64,000 nt of DNA from a virus. Positions 46,311-55,192 of this stretch are shown here, one piece after another (position 1 is the first letter of the stretch; every line of letters starts with the position of its first letter). Position numbers and translations under genes: made by a program. The stretch lies in the IMG/VR virus record IMGVR_UViG_3300050821_000645; one strand, written 5' to 3'. The notes under the pieces were generated by a model. That model was not told the DNA's origin and searched no databases. It was given only the letters and a program-made list of their open reading frames with translations.

Positions 46311-47120
46311 TTGAGCCAGTTACACGACGCTAAGATCCTTGTGCTCGATATCGAGACCAGTCCCATTGAGGCTTATTGCTGGGCGCTCTGGGATCAGAAC
46401 GTCGGTCTCAATCAGATTAAGGTCGAATGGAGCATACTGAGCTTCGCGGCTAAATGGCTCGGTAAGCCGAAGGTGATCTACGAGGACACCAGCAAAAACG
46501 GCATCGGTAAATTCCGTGACGACAAGAAGCTGCTTATTAAGCTGCACGCGTTGCTCGACGAGGCCGACATAGTTGTCGCGCAGAACGGGCGCCGGTTCGA
46601 CGTCAAGAAGATCAACGCGCGCATGGTGATGGCGGGCCTTAAGCCGTACTCACCGATCCGCATCGTCGACACACTGGAGGCAGCCAAGAAGTACTTTTCA
46701 TTCACCAGCAATAAGCTGGAGTGGGCATCCGAGTGGCTCACCTCGCAGAAGAAGCTAGCGCACAAAGAGTTCCCTGGCTTCGAGCTGTGGAAGGAATGCT
46801 TAGCCGGTAATCCCAAGGCTTGGCGCGTGATGAAGAAGTACAACATCCGCGACGTCACGGCGACCGAGGAGTACTACATCCGCATCCGTCCGTGGATCGC
46901 CAATCACCCGAACATGGGCGTATACTCGGACATCATTGAGCATACGTGCACGAACTGCGCATCCCCCAACCTGCAGTCGCGCGGCAAGCAGCGCCTGCAG
47001 CAGGGGCTATACAACCGGTACCAGTGCCAGGACTGCGGCAAGTGGAGTCGTGGCAAGAACATGCTGCTAGCCATCAATAAACGCAAGGCGTTGCTGACGA
47101 ACATCGGCGACAAATCGTAA
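46311..47120 (+). CDS. RNase H-like (DEDD-type) 3'-5' exonuclease with C-terminal zinc ribbon
   Basis: ILVLDIETSP (Exo I), YNIRDV (Exo III-like), C-terminal CTNC...CQDCG. Confidence 0.55.
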   Translation: MSQLHDAKILVLDIETSPIEAYCWALWDQNVGLNQIKVEWSILSFAAKWLGKPKVIYEDTSKNGIGKFRDDKKLLIKLHALLDEADIVVAQNGRRFDVKKINARMVMAGLKPYSPIRIVDTLEAAKKYFSFTSNKLEWASEWLTSQKKLAHKEFPGFELWKECLAGNPKAWRVMKKYNIRDVTATEEYYIRIRPWIANHPNMGVYSDIIEHTCTNCASPNLQSRGKQRLQQGLYNRYQCQDCGKWSRGKNMLLAINKRKALLTNIGDKS

Positions 47121-50100
47121 ATGGATCAGAACCCGTATAACACAGAAGACAAGCCGGTAGATATCAGCGGTGCGTTGTCGCGCCTCGGGCATGTGCTGTA
47201 CACGCCGCAGGGCGGGGACCCGCGCACGCTGGCTAAGGTCGAACTTGGGCGGATGGGCGGAGATCTTGATGCAGCAAAGTCGGTGGGGCACGCACTTCTC
47301 GCAAAGAGCGCAGCCGGTTACGAGGCCATGGGCAGCCCGTTGGGATCCAATGAGCACGTGGACGAGACCGCAGCCCTACTGGGGCCAAAGTCCATCAGCC
47401 CCGAGGGGCAGTCATCCGTGCAGCGCCTCATGGATAACCTGGGGTCCGTCGGGAAGGCGACAGGAATAAGCGACCTCGCGCACTCGCTGAGCAGTAAGTA
47501 CAATGCGATGCAAGGCGCCGCAGAGCCGCTGATCCAAAAGTACGCCGGTATCCCGGCAGCAGCTGCCGCGCATGCTGCCTTCGAGACCGCCCCGCAGGCG
47601 GCTATTCCCGGGCTGGGAGAAGAGAGGGCCGCCGCTGGAGCCGCCGCTGATGTTGCGCGCACCCTGGGGCCGAGTGACCGCATACGCCAGGTCGCCGCTG
47701 ATTACATGAAGAGCGCCGGTCTGCCGCACGTGCCGCCGGGCGCTCCACTGAAGGTAGATCCTAATCGTGCCAGCGCCATCGCGCAAGCATTCGACGCGAT
47801 GCCTCACGCCCCCAATGACCCCAAGGTGGCGGCGTCGTATGATGCGATGATTAAGGAGACGATGGCGCAGTACCAGGCCATGAAGGCATCTGGCTTCCGG
47901 GCTGAGTTCATGCCACAGGGTCAGAACCCGTACCCGAAGATCAGCGACACGCTGCACGACATCCAGCAGAATAATCACATGTTTGTGTTCCCGACGGAGA
48001 GCGGCTTCGGCAGCGGCGACCTTGGCGGCAACCCGTTGCTGCAGCAGTCTGGTGAGAGTTTCAACGGCGTACCTGCGACGAACAACGACATATTCCGTGC
48101 GGTGCACGACTACTTCGGGCACGCTAAGGAGGGCAACACCTTCAGGGCGAACGGCGAAGAGACCGCGTGGGCCAATCACGCAGCGATGTACTCCCCTGCA
48201 GCCCGGCCAGCTATGACCACCGAAACCCGTGGCCAGAATAGCTGGGTGAACTTCGGTCCACATGGTGAGGCCAACCGAACTACTAGCGGCGCAGATACGG
48301 TGTACGCCCCACAGAAGATTGGGTTATTGCCTGATGAGTTCAGTCAGGCACCGCCAAGTCCGTATGACATCCTGGCGCAGTACCACGCAGATAACGGCGG
48401 GTCTACCTATCACCCTGGCACGAGCAACATACCTGATACCGGGTACTCCGTCAGTCTACATCCCGGCCGCGCCACAGTGATGGGCACCCCGCCAACGGGC
48501 CGCAACCTGAGCGACTACGTGCAGGCCAATCAGGACGCATTCGACAAGGATCCTGGCGCGCACCTCGGTACCTGGCATGACAAGGACGACTCCGGGATGC
48601 ACTACCTGGATGTGTCGCACGTCGACCCCAACCTGGATAGCGCCATGGAGAAGGCAAAGGGCGCCAACCAGAAGGCGATATTCGATTTGGGCGGCAAGCA
48701 AGAGATCCCTAACCCGCACTACGACCCCACGACTGATACTCAGGGTGCGCCCCAGGATGATAACCCGCTGGCTGCTGTAAGTCCCCTCAGGTTCACGGCA
48801 ACAGATCCCGGTAGAGTGCACCTAAACTCGCTCCCGGAGGCCCTGGAGCGCGAAGGAGAGGCCGCCAGACGCGACGCAGCCGATAGGCCGCCACCAGAAC
48901 CAATCCTCGACCTGAACGGCCCACTGCCGCCTCCTAATGCGTCCTACATAGGCAGCCAGGCATTCGCCGAGGGCGGAGAGGTGGGAGTGCTAGGGGATGC
49001 GCTCGCAACCGCCGCCCGGCTGCCGACACCGGCTGCGTTGAAGGCGAAATACGCAGACAATCCGCAGGCTATCCAGAACTTCCACGACTGGGCCAAAAAT
49101 ACTGCCGTCTCTTACACTAATGGCGAGCCTATACCGGTGTACCACAACACCGACGCGTTGAACGACTTCTCTGCCTTCAGGCCGTACCGTGGCGACATCG
49201 GCAGCCACTTTGGTACCAAGGGGCAGGCCAACATGCGCGGCGCCGCTGTACAGGGGCGCGTGCCGCCCGCTGTCGAGGAATCATCGCGCACTACCGGAGA
49301 CCTTAATCCGGTGCCCAAGAATCAGGTATCTGGTCAGCGCACTATACCCGCGTACCTTAGCATCCAGAACCCGTTGCGCACCCCAGATCTTGGGGAGTGG
49401 GGCCACGACCAGCTGAAGCAGTACCTGCTAGGAGAGGGAGAGCACGGCGCAGATGAAAATGCCATGTACCCAGCAGAGGCTGCTGGTATAGACCCAAAGG
49501 CCGTCGCAGCCACACAGAACAACCACCAGCTGCGCAAGGTGCTGCAGGATCACGGCTACGACGGCATCGTGTACGCTAACAATGGCGAACCCGACATGCC
49601 GCCTGCGATCCAGCTGGCGCGGCAGGATGCGGAGCAGAAGCGGCAGGCGTTCTTGCAAGACCCAGCCAACAAGCCGTACTGGGATACAGTTACTGGCGCC
49701 AATACCGCATCTCGCGGCGCGGGAGATATGGATGCGGCGGCGGCTCAATTTCCAGAGCAGCATGCGCAGTACCAGGCACTTGCTGGGCAATATCACTTGG
49801 CAGACGAAGCATACCGCCGTTTCATGCACTCAGCTGGCGACAACCCGGCCGACTCATACGTCGCATTCGACCCGTCTCAGGTGAAGTCCGCTGTCGGCAA
49901 CACGGGCGAGTTCGATCCCGGTACGCAGGACATCAATCACGCAGCCGGTGGTGAAGTGCGCAGCTACGCGGATGGCGGCGGGGTTGAGGGAGCTGGTTTG
50001 ATCGGTGACGCCATACAGCAGGTATCACATCTGCCTTTGACGGCTACGGCTGCTGAGGCCGCGCCTCTCGCGGAGCACGTCGCTCAGTATGGCGGGGCCA

Positions 50101-51536
50101 CCTACAGCCCGTCCACAGGGGCCCTGCATCGCTCTGGTAGCGTGACATCAGACCCCGAGTCTACCGTTGCGCTTGACCACGCACCAGACCCAGATGAGAT
50201 CCACGACTTCATGATGCAGAACCAGCATGTGCTAGGTGAAGATCCGCAGGCTGTGCTGCACATCACCAGCGACGACAATGGTAATCACTTCATACGCACT
50301 GGCACTCACGCGCCCGAGATGCCGCAAGACCCAGAGAGCATGGAGCCTTCGGAGCTAATAGACAAGTACCTTCAGTCTGGCTTAAGCTCGAAGCACCCTA
50401 TGGCCAGCGAGGCTGACTACAGCGCTCGCCCCAGTACTCCGTGGACTGCAGGTCAGCAGACAGTGGTGAACCCGAAACGGAATGCGTTCCCTGGAGTGTA
50501 CGGAGATCCACGCCAGGTGATCGCAGACGCGGCAGCGAAAGTTGGTCCTGAAGATCCTCTAATGCAGCGATTGTTTGGAGTATCACGTGCCGATCTCTCA
50601 GACTTGTCTCTGTCCAGGCAGGGAAATGAACTTGGGGTTCTGCCAGGGGAAAAGCAGAATCCACAAGGAGCAGCATCAGCTCGCGACGTAATGACTCCGC
50701 AGAACGAGCAACGCCTAATTGACGTTCTCGGCGAAGCTCGCAAGGCACCTGGTCTGTATCAGGGGATGACGGGTTGGTACGCAATGGATCCTCTGTTTCA
50801 GCACTTCGTTAAGGAGTTCGGCCCCGATGAGGCGATCGCACGATACAAGCAGTTTAATACACTGAGCGGAATGGCATCACCAGGATCTGACGTCGGTTCA
50901 GAGATCGCTCGTGGGTCAACTGCGAATGCGCTGCACACGCAGGGGCGCTTCAATGACTTCGTACGCTACGGGGGTGGGGTGGAGGATTCAGGTTCATCCG
51001 GTCGGCCTGCCGACATGGCGGACCTTCCAGGTCATGTCTATCATAGGAGTCAAGCGCTTCCCATGCAGCAGTACCTGGAGAGCGGTGAGATGCAGATGAA
51101 GTCACCTAAGGTGCCTATGTACATCGCAGCCAGCGGCGTTCCAGAAACTGGCTTTCAGACGTCGACTCCGGTTGGGGACGCTCACTGGGCCCGTGCAGTA
51201 GGGCTTGCTGACACCAGGAACATGCGCACACTAAAGGGGCAGGAAATAGTTCCAGGTTCCTCCGTGAGCACTCCAGAGATGCAAACTCTTGCGCCATGGT
51301 GGCGTGATCGAGTGGCGGGTCCTGCTGGTCTTGAAAGTGTTCCTGCTCAGGCTCTGGCGTGGGGCGCGTTCTCTCCACAAACCGGGGTAAAATCTGCGAT
51401 AGGAGCACCAAAGCTAGAGATCCTATCCACACAAATAGGTAAGCTGGCAGATCGCTTAGGAATATCACCGGAGGAGGCCCGTGACCGGGTCGTGCGCGGT
51501 GAAGCTGGAGCTTTCAGCGCTGGCGGCGTGGTGTAG
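47121..51536 (+). CDS. giant virion-associated protein (1,471 aa), function unknown
   Basis: largest ORF in window, last gene of the + structural block, ATGG coupling to upstream gene; no catalytic motif recognised by eye. Confidence 0.6.
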   Translation: MDQNPYNTEDKPVDISGALSRLGHVLYTPQGGDPRTLAKVELGRMGGDLDAAKSVGHALLAKSAAGYEAMGSPLGSNEHVDETAALLGPKSISPEGQSSVQRLMDNLGSVGKATGISDLAHSLSSKYNAMQGAAEPLIQKYAGIPAAAAAHAAFETAPQAAIPGLGEERAAAGAAADVARTLGPSDRIRQVAADYMKSAGLPHVPPGAPLKVDPNRASAIAQAFDAMPHAPNDPKVAASYDAMIKETMAQYQAMKASGFRAEFMPQGQNPYPKISDTLHDIQQNNHMFVFPTESGFGSGDLGGNPLLQQSGESFNGVPATNNDIFRAVHDYFGHAKEGNTFRANGEETAWANHAAMYSPAARPAMTTETRGQNSWVNFGPHGEANRTTSGADTVYAPQKIGLLPDEFSQAPPSPYDILAQYHADNGGSTYHPGTSNIPDTGYSVSLHPGRATVMGTPPTGRNLSDYVQANQDAFDKDPGAHLGTWHDKDDSGMHYLDVSHVDPNLDSAMEKAKGANQKAIFDLGGKQEIPNPHYDPTTDTQGAPQDDNPLAAVSPLRFTATDPGRVHLNSLPEALEREGEAARRDAADRPPPEPILDLNGPLPPPNASYIGSQAFAEGGEVGVLGDALATAARLPTPAALKAKYADNPQAIQNFHDWAKNTAVSYTNGEPIPVYHNTDALNDFSAFRPYRGDIGSHFGTKGQANMRGAAVQGRVPPAVEESSRTTGDLNPVPKNQVSGQRTIPAYLSIQNPLRTPDLGEWGHDQLKQYLLGEGEHGADENAMYPAEAAGIDPKAVAATQNNHQLRKVLQDHGYDGIVYANNGEPDMPPAIQLARQDAEQKRQAFLQDPANKPYWDTVTGANTASRGAGDMDAAAAQFPEQHAQYQALAGQYHLADEAYRRFMHSAGDNPADSYVAFDPSQVKSAVGNTGEFDPGTQDINHAAGGEVRSYADGGGVEGAGLIGDAIQQVSHLPLTATAAEAAPLAEHVAQYGGATYSPSTGALHRSGSVTSDPESTVALDHAPDPDEIHDFMMQNQHVLGEDPQAVLHITSDDNGNHFIRTGTHAPEMPQDPESMEPSELIDKYLQSGLSSKHPMASEADYSARPSTPWTAGQQTVVNPKRNAFPGVYGDPRQVIADAAAKVGPEDPLMQRLFGVSRADLSDLSLSRQGNELGVLPGEKQNPQGAASARDVMTPQNEQRLIDVLGEARKAPGLYQGMTGWYAMDPLFQHFVKEFGPDEAIARYKQFNTLSGMASPGSDVGSEIARGSTANALHTQGRFNDFVRYGGGVEDSGSSGRPADMADLPGHVYHRSQALPMQQYLESGEMQMKSPKVPMYIAASGVPETGFQTSTPVGDAHWARAVGLADTRNMRTLKGQEIVPGSSVSTPEMQTLAPWWRDRVAGPAGLESVPAQALAWGAFSPQTGVKSAIGAPKLEILSTQIGKLADRLGISPEEARDRVVRGEAGAFSAGGVV

Positions 51537-52379
51537 CATCACCTTGCCGCTACCCACGTGCGCCCAGAAGCGGCTCACGTACGTATCGTGGTACAGCTTA
51601 AGAACGTCGTAGTAATGCTCCCAGGCGAACTCACGGAACCATCCACTGGTGATGCTGGTGCAGACCTTCTCCAGCGCAATCAGGAAGCTTGCGCGTGGGT
51701 AGATCTTGTTACGGTACGGGATCTGGCTGCGCTCCAGCGCGAGGACGTACGCCTCCTCCAGCACCGCATTCAGCTGCAGACCTATCGGCAGCTGCTCAAA
51801 CATCAGACGGCTGGTAAGCACCTCTGACCCTGGCGGCTTGAAGTACTCATATGCGGGCCGATCCTGGTGCTTCATAACCATGTGAATGCTGTCGTGATCG
51901 TACACGTACTTGACGACCGGACTGAAGAACTCAGCCTTCGACACACTCAGCTTGGGGTGCGCGTAATCCAGCGCCTCTGCTGTGCGCGCCTCTAGGAGCG
52001 TCAGGTACTTGTCTGGTACGGTAACGCCCATGCTGCGCATCAGCCGGATGTCGTCCATGGTCTTCAGGAAGTGCTTGCTGTTCTTCTTGAAGCGATGAGA
52101 CATCTTCAGCGCCAGCAACAGCTCGATTGGCGCCACGGTGCTGTCACCGCACAGGTTAACGATCATCTCAGCAGTCGAACCAGGCCACGTGATCTCAAAC
52201 TCGACAACGCGCACCTTGTTCTTGAGGACGTACTTCTTGCCACCGTCAGTGGGGTAGCACGGAGATCCTGGTTCTACCAGCTTAAGCATCTCCTTGTACG
52301 AGCCGACAAGATCCAGGTCCCTCGGGATCCTGTCCAGCTCCGTGTACGTCCGCAAGGCTTGGCTGCCGATGACTACCAT
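51465..52379 (-). CDS. candidate minimal nucleotidyltransferase (AbiEii/MenT-like MNT fold)
   Basis: N-terminus VVIGSQALRTYTELDRIPRDLDLVG fits hG[GS]-x(9-14)-[DE]h[DE]h and resembles DUF1814 motifs (KGGTAL / RxSxDhD); VVEFEI could supply the third acidic residue; 3' end overlaps 72 nt of the convergent giant gene. Confidence 0.35.
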   Translation of the reverse strand: MVVIGSQALRTYTELDRIPRDLDLVGSYKEMLKLVEPGSPCYPTDGGKKYVLKNKVRVVEFEITWPGSTAEMIVNLCGDSTVAPIELLLALKMSHRFKKNSKHFLKTMDDIRLMRSMGVTVPDKYLTLLEARTAEALDYAHPKLSVSKAEFFSPVVKYVYDHDSIHMVMKHQDRPAYEYFKPPGSEVLTSRLMFEQLPIGLQLNAVLEEAYVLALERSQIPYRNKIYPRASFLIALEKVCTSITSGWFREFAWEHYYDVLKLYHDTYVSRFWAHVGSGKVMLHHAASAESSSFTAHDPVTGLLR

Positions 52380-52568
52380 TTAGCAGCTGCTGCCGTCCCA
52401 GTTTTCGCGTGCCTCATCCTCGGTGTACAGGTCTATGCCATTCAACGAGAACGGCAAGCTGTAGTCGTCAGCGAACTCTTCGGCTTCCTTCACCGCAGCG
52501 CCAATGGCTTCGATCTTCTCGACAAGCGCCTTCACGGCTTCCTGCTTAGTCAGTCTTGGGGTCGTCAA
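52380..52568 (-). CDS. small acidic protein immediately upstream of the NTase-like gene
   Basis: track ORF 52380..52625; probable TTG start 52568 after AAGGAG; stop abuts NTase start codon. Confidence 0.3.
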   Translation of the reverse strand: MTTPRLTKQEAVKALVEKIEAIGAAVKEAEEFADDYSLPFSLNGIDLYTEDEARENWDGSSC

Positions 52569-52860
52569 CTTCGTCTCCTTTTGGTTGGGGAACAATGCAT
52601 TTGAAATTGTAGTTGTCGTGCGCACGGTCGAACGACACCTCCAGCTCGCACCCGGCGGGCAACGCCTGCAGCGCTGATACCGGCACTGATAGGATGTGAT
52701 CCTCCTGCTGGTACGCGATCACGGCGAGCACGTTGCGCATGTCACGGATTGACTTCTCCAGGCTCTCGTAGTCGGATATCATCTGCTCCATGCCGGGCCA
52801 TACCTTGCGCGATGGCACGTCGATGCGCCGGGCAACGCGATCAGGGCTGCTGCGGGTCAT
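52546..52860 (-). CDS. hypothetical protein
   Basis: 104-aa ORF. Confidence 0.35.
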   Translation of the reverse strand: MTRSSPDRVARRIDVPSRKVWPGMEQMISDYESLEKSIRDMRNVLAVIAYQQEDHILSVPVSALQALPAGCELEVSFDRAHDNYNFKCIVPQPKGDEVDDPKTD

Positions 52861-53099
52861 ATGGACACCTTGTCTTCTAGGCCGAGGTACTCGATCAACG
52901 CCTTGCGATTCGCCAGATACGCCTCTCGCTTGTCGTGGAAGTCACGGTCAGCGATTTCACTGAAGTCAGAATAGTCGACGAAGGCAGACTCGAATCCCTC
53001 CTTCTCGATGGCGTCGTATATCCTGATCGCATCACGCGGCTTCACTTGCGCACCCGGCGCTTCTGCGGGACCGCGCACAGGTACCGCGCACCAAGCCAC
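52857..53099 (-). CDS. hypothetical protein
   Basis: 80-aa ORF. Confidence 0.35.
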   Translation of the reverse strand: MAWCAVPVRGPAEAPGAQVKPRDAIRIYDAIEKEGFESAFVDYSDFSEIADRDFHDKREAYLANRKALIEYLGLEDKVSI

Positions 53100-53132
53100 T
53101 CCAGGGCTGCGCGAAGCTTCTCGTTGTGTGAC

Positions 53133-53393
53133 TCACTCATGCCGTTCTCCTTTGAAATTACAGGTAGCACACTTGACTCGCGCCATCGCTGGATGGCCTG
53201 ATGTATAGACCCCGGTGTCATACAGGTTTCCGTGGCTACATTGGGGGCACTTAAGCCCATTCAGGAATTGCTCTGGATTTGCCACGCGATCACGGACAGC
53301 ATCCCAGTACTGCTTGCGTTGCAAGTTCCACTGGCTTAGTGACACCAGTTCTGGTCCTGTGTGCACCGCGAACAGCTTCGAGTATTCTGTCAT
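53133..53393 (-). CDS. zinc-ribbon protein
   Basis: CPQCSHG...CATCN; track ORF 53133..53471 trimmed to MTEYSK. Confidence 0.4.
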   Translation of the reverse strand: MTEYSKLFAVHTGPELVSLSQWNLQRKQYWDAVRDRVANPEQFLNGLKCPQCSHGNLYDTGVYTSGHPAMARVKCATCNFKGERHE

Positions 53394-53510
53394 GCTCGTC
53401 TCCTCCATTGAAGTCGTCCTCAACCTGCTTATGCGCCTGCTGCACCACCGTCCTCGCAATGAGATCCACATCCCATGCGATTACGAGCAGTAGCGCCAGA
53501 GCCAACAATT

Positions 53511-53987
53511 TCATTGTACCACACTATCCCGGGTGTGCTGCTTCGGTGTTAGGTGCCCGTACTTGTCCTTAATCTTGACCATGATGGCCTCCATCTCGGC
53601 GTACACCGGGTTCAGGTCGATGCCGTTGGCGGGGCGGTCGTCGACGATGTTCTTCAGGTGGTGCGTCTCGATAAGGATGTTGATGCACGCCTGAGCGTTC
53701 GCCAGGTGCGGTGTGCCGTCGCTGTCGTACCACTCACCCTCCCAGTACCGGTCGATGTGCCTGGCCAGCGCAGATACGTACACGCTGGCACGTGCGCCGC
53801 CCCCGCGCCAGTTCCAGGCGCCGTACTTGACGTTGCCAAGGAAGTGCGCAATCGCCTGGTACGCCTTTACGATGGGGCTGACGAGGTGCAGCGGCAGCTT
53901 CGTGATCCCGATGGCGTCCTTGGGGTTGGTGTCCTTAGTGACAAGCACACGATCATTCATAAGTTCCCGCTCACGAGTAAGCGTCAC
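53511..53987 (-). CDS. hypothetical protein in nucleotide-metabolism operon
   Basis: 158 aa; KYGAWNWRGGG...RH...GEWYDSDG...HH motifs; 4-nt overlap with downstream DUF4406 gene. Confidence 0.4.
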   Translation of the reverse strand: MTLTRERELMNDRVLVTKDTNPKDAIGITKLPLHLVSPIVKAYQAIAHFLGNVKYGAWNWRGGGARASVYVSALARHIDRYWEGEWYDSDGTPHLANAQACINILIETHHLKNIVDDRPANGIDLNPVYAEMEAIMVKIKDKYGHLTPKQHTRDSVVQ

Positions 53988-54430
53988 CCTATCATCTCCG
54001 TGTAGATGATGCTGAGAACGTCCTCGCGGTCGATGTCGGTCACCGGCTCGTAGGGTCCATTGTACTCAAGGAACTCGAAGTCTTGGCTCTGCAGGAGACC
54101 TACGAACGACTCCAGGCGTGCGCCGCGCGACTTGTACCAATCGGGTTGCAGGTAGATGATGCCCTGCACCTGGTCAGCAATCAGCTTTACGTCGCGCGCC
54201 AGGAAGTCGGCCCACGTCTTCTGGCCGCCGCTGGTGCCGGTACCGGGTGCGCCGTCGGCAGACTTGAGGGCGGCGCCCTTATCCTCTTCATCGTCCAACT
54301 CGGCCGGGCTGACGATATCGAACCCGCGATCACGCAGATCCTTGGCGGCGGCGAAGAACGCCGGAAAATTGAACTGCGGAATGCCGGACATCGGCCCAGC
54401 CAAATAGTAAGTTGTCATTTCGTCTCCCAT
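53984..54430 (-). CDS. DUF4406 / nucleoside 2-deoxyribosyltransferase-like protein
   Basis: N-terminus TTYYLAGPMSGIPQFNFPAFFAAAKDLRDRGFDIVSPAEL matches the DUF4406 hallmark (YLAGPMTG...N.P.F..AA..LR..G..V..PAE). Confidence 0.5.
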   Translation of the reverse strand: MGDEMTTYYLAGPMSGIPQFNFPAFFAAAKDLRDRGFDIVSPAELDDEEDKGAALKSADGAPGTGTSGGQKTWADFLARDVKLIADQVQGIIYLQPDWYKSRGARLESFVGLLQSQDFEFLEYNGPYEPVTDIDREDVLSIIYTEMIG

Positions 54431-54771
54431 GCGCGCTTACCGCGCCGTGCTTCGATCTTTTCAACATTGGCTTCCATCACGGAATCCATCTCTAGTCCGT
54501 AGTGCGATGCAATGCGGCAAGTGTAGTGTAGCACATCTCCCAGCTCCAGCAGCAGCTTGTTCCGATCCAGTGGCCCATCCCCACGGATCTCCTTCTTGAC
54601 GCGCTCCGTGATTGCGCCTGTGCCCTTGCGGATCTCTGCGATCACCTCGTCTACCTCGCCAGACAGCCCCAGCGTCATCACAGCCAGCTCCCTGACCGCA
54701 TCCTGCTCGCTGCCTACCTTACGCGTCCAGCCAGCCTCTACCCATTTCGCAAACTCATTCAATGTCATCAC
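54415..54771 (-). CDS. MazG-like nucleotide pyrophosphohydrolase
   Basis: LGLSGEVDEV...ELGDVLHYTCRIASHYGLEMDSVMEANVEKI matches MazG helices (EE.GE...E.GDvLw..). Confidence 0.7.
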   Translation of the reverse strand: MMTLNEFAKWVEAGWTRKVGSEQDAVRELAVMTLGLSGEVDEVIAEIRKGTGAITERVKKEIRGDGPLDRNKLLLELGDVLHYTCRIASHYGLEMDSVMEANVEKIEARRGKRAWETK

Positions 54772-55190
54772 ACCACTCCTGATGTCAGTAACTCGCGCTC
54801 CCAGTCGACAGTACCCAGCTCGGGCAGCAGCTCCGGGATCGCTTTGAGAGCCGCCTGATAAAAAAGTGAGAACTCGTGCTGGTCCATCTTGCCCCAGCTG
54901 ATCGACTTAGGCTTCAGCGCAACACGGTCTCCGCTCAGCCGAATCTCGTCCACGTACCCTGCCTGGATAGTGATCGCGAACCTCAGCGCTTCCTGGGATA
55001 GGTAGCGTTGCTGGTTCTGGAACACCAGGTTTAGCAAACCGAAGAATAGCCGATGATGGCGCGGGTTGCGGTCGCGGTGCATCTTAACCCTCAGAACCTC
55101 TCCGGTGCCGTAGAAGTTGAGGGCCTCCTTGGATGCGTCATCGACCGGAGCTAGGCCACCAATCGTGCGCACAAAGTAGTGGTCGCTCAT
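54768..55190 (-). CDS. hypothetical protein
   Basis: 140-aa ORF. Confidence 0.4.
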   Translation of the reverse strand: MSDHYFVRTIGGLAPVDDASKEALNFYGTGEVLRVKMHRDRNPRHHRLFFGLLNLVFQNQQRYLSQEALRFAITIQAGYVDEIRLSGDRVALKPKSISWGKMDQHEFSLFYQAALKAIPELLPELGTVDWERELLTSGVV

Positions 55191-55192
55191 GG

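Noticed and set aside
47412-48263. 283-aa minus-strand ORF within the 1,471-aa gene
   Set aside because: Shadow ORF inside a long, operon-embedded sense gene.
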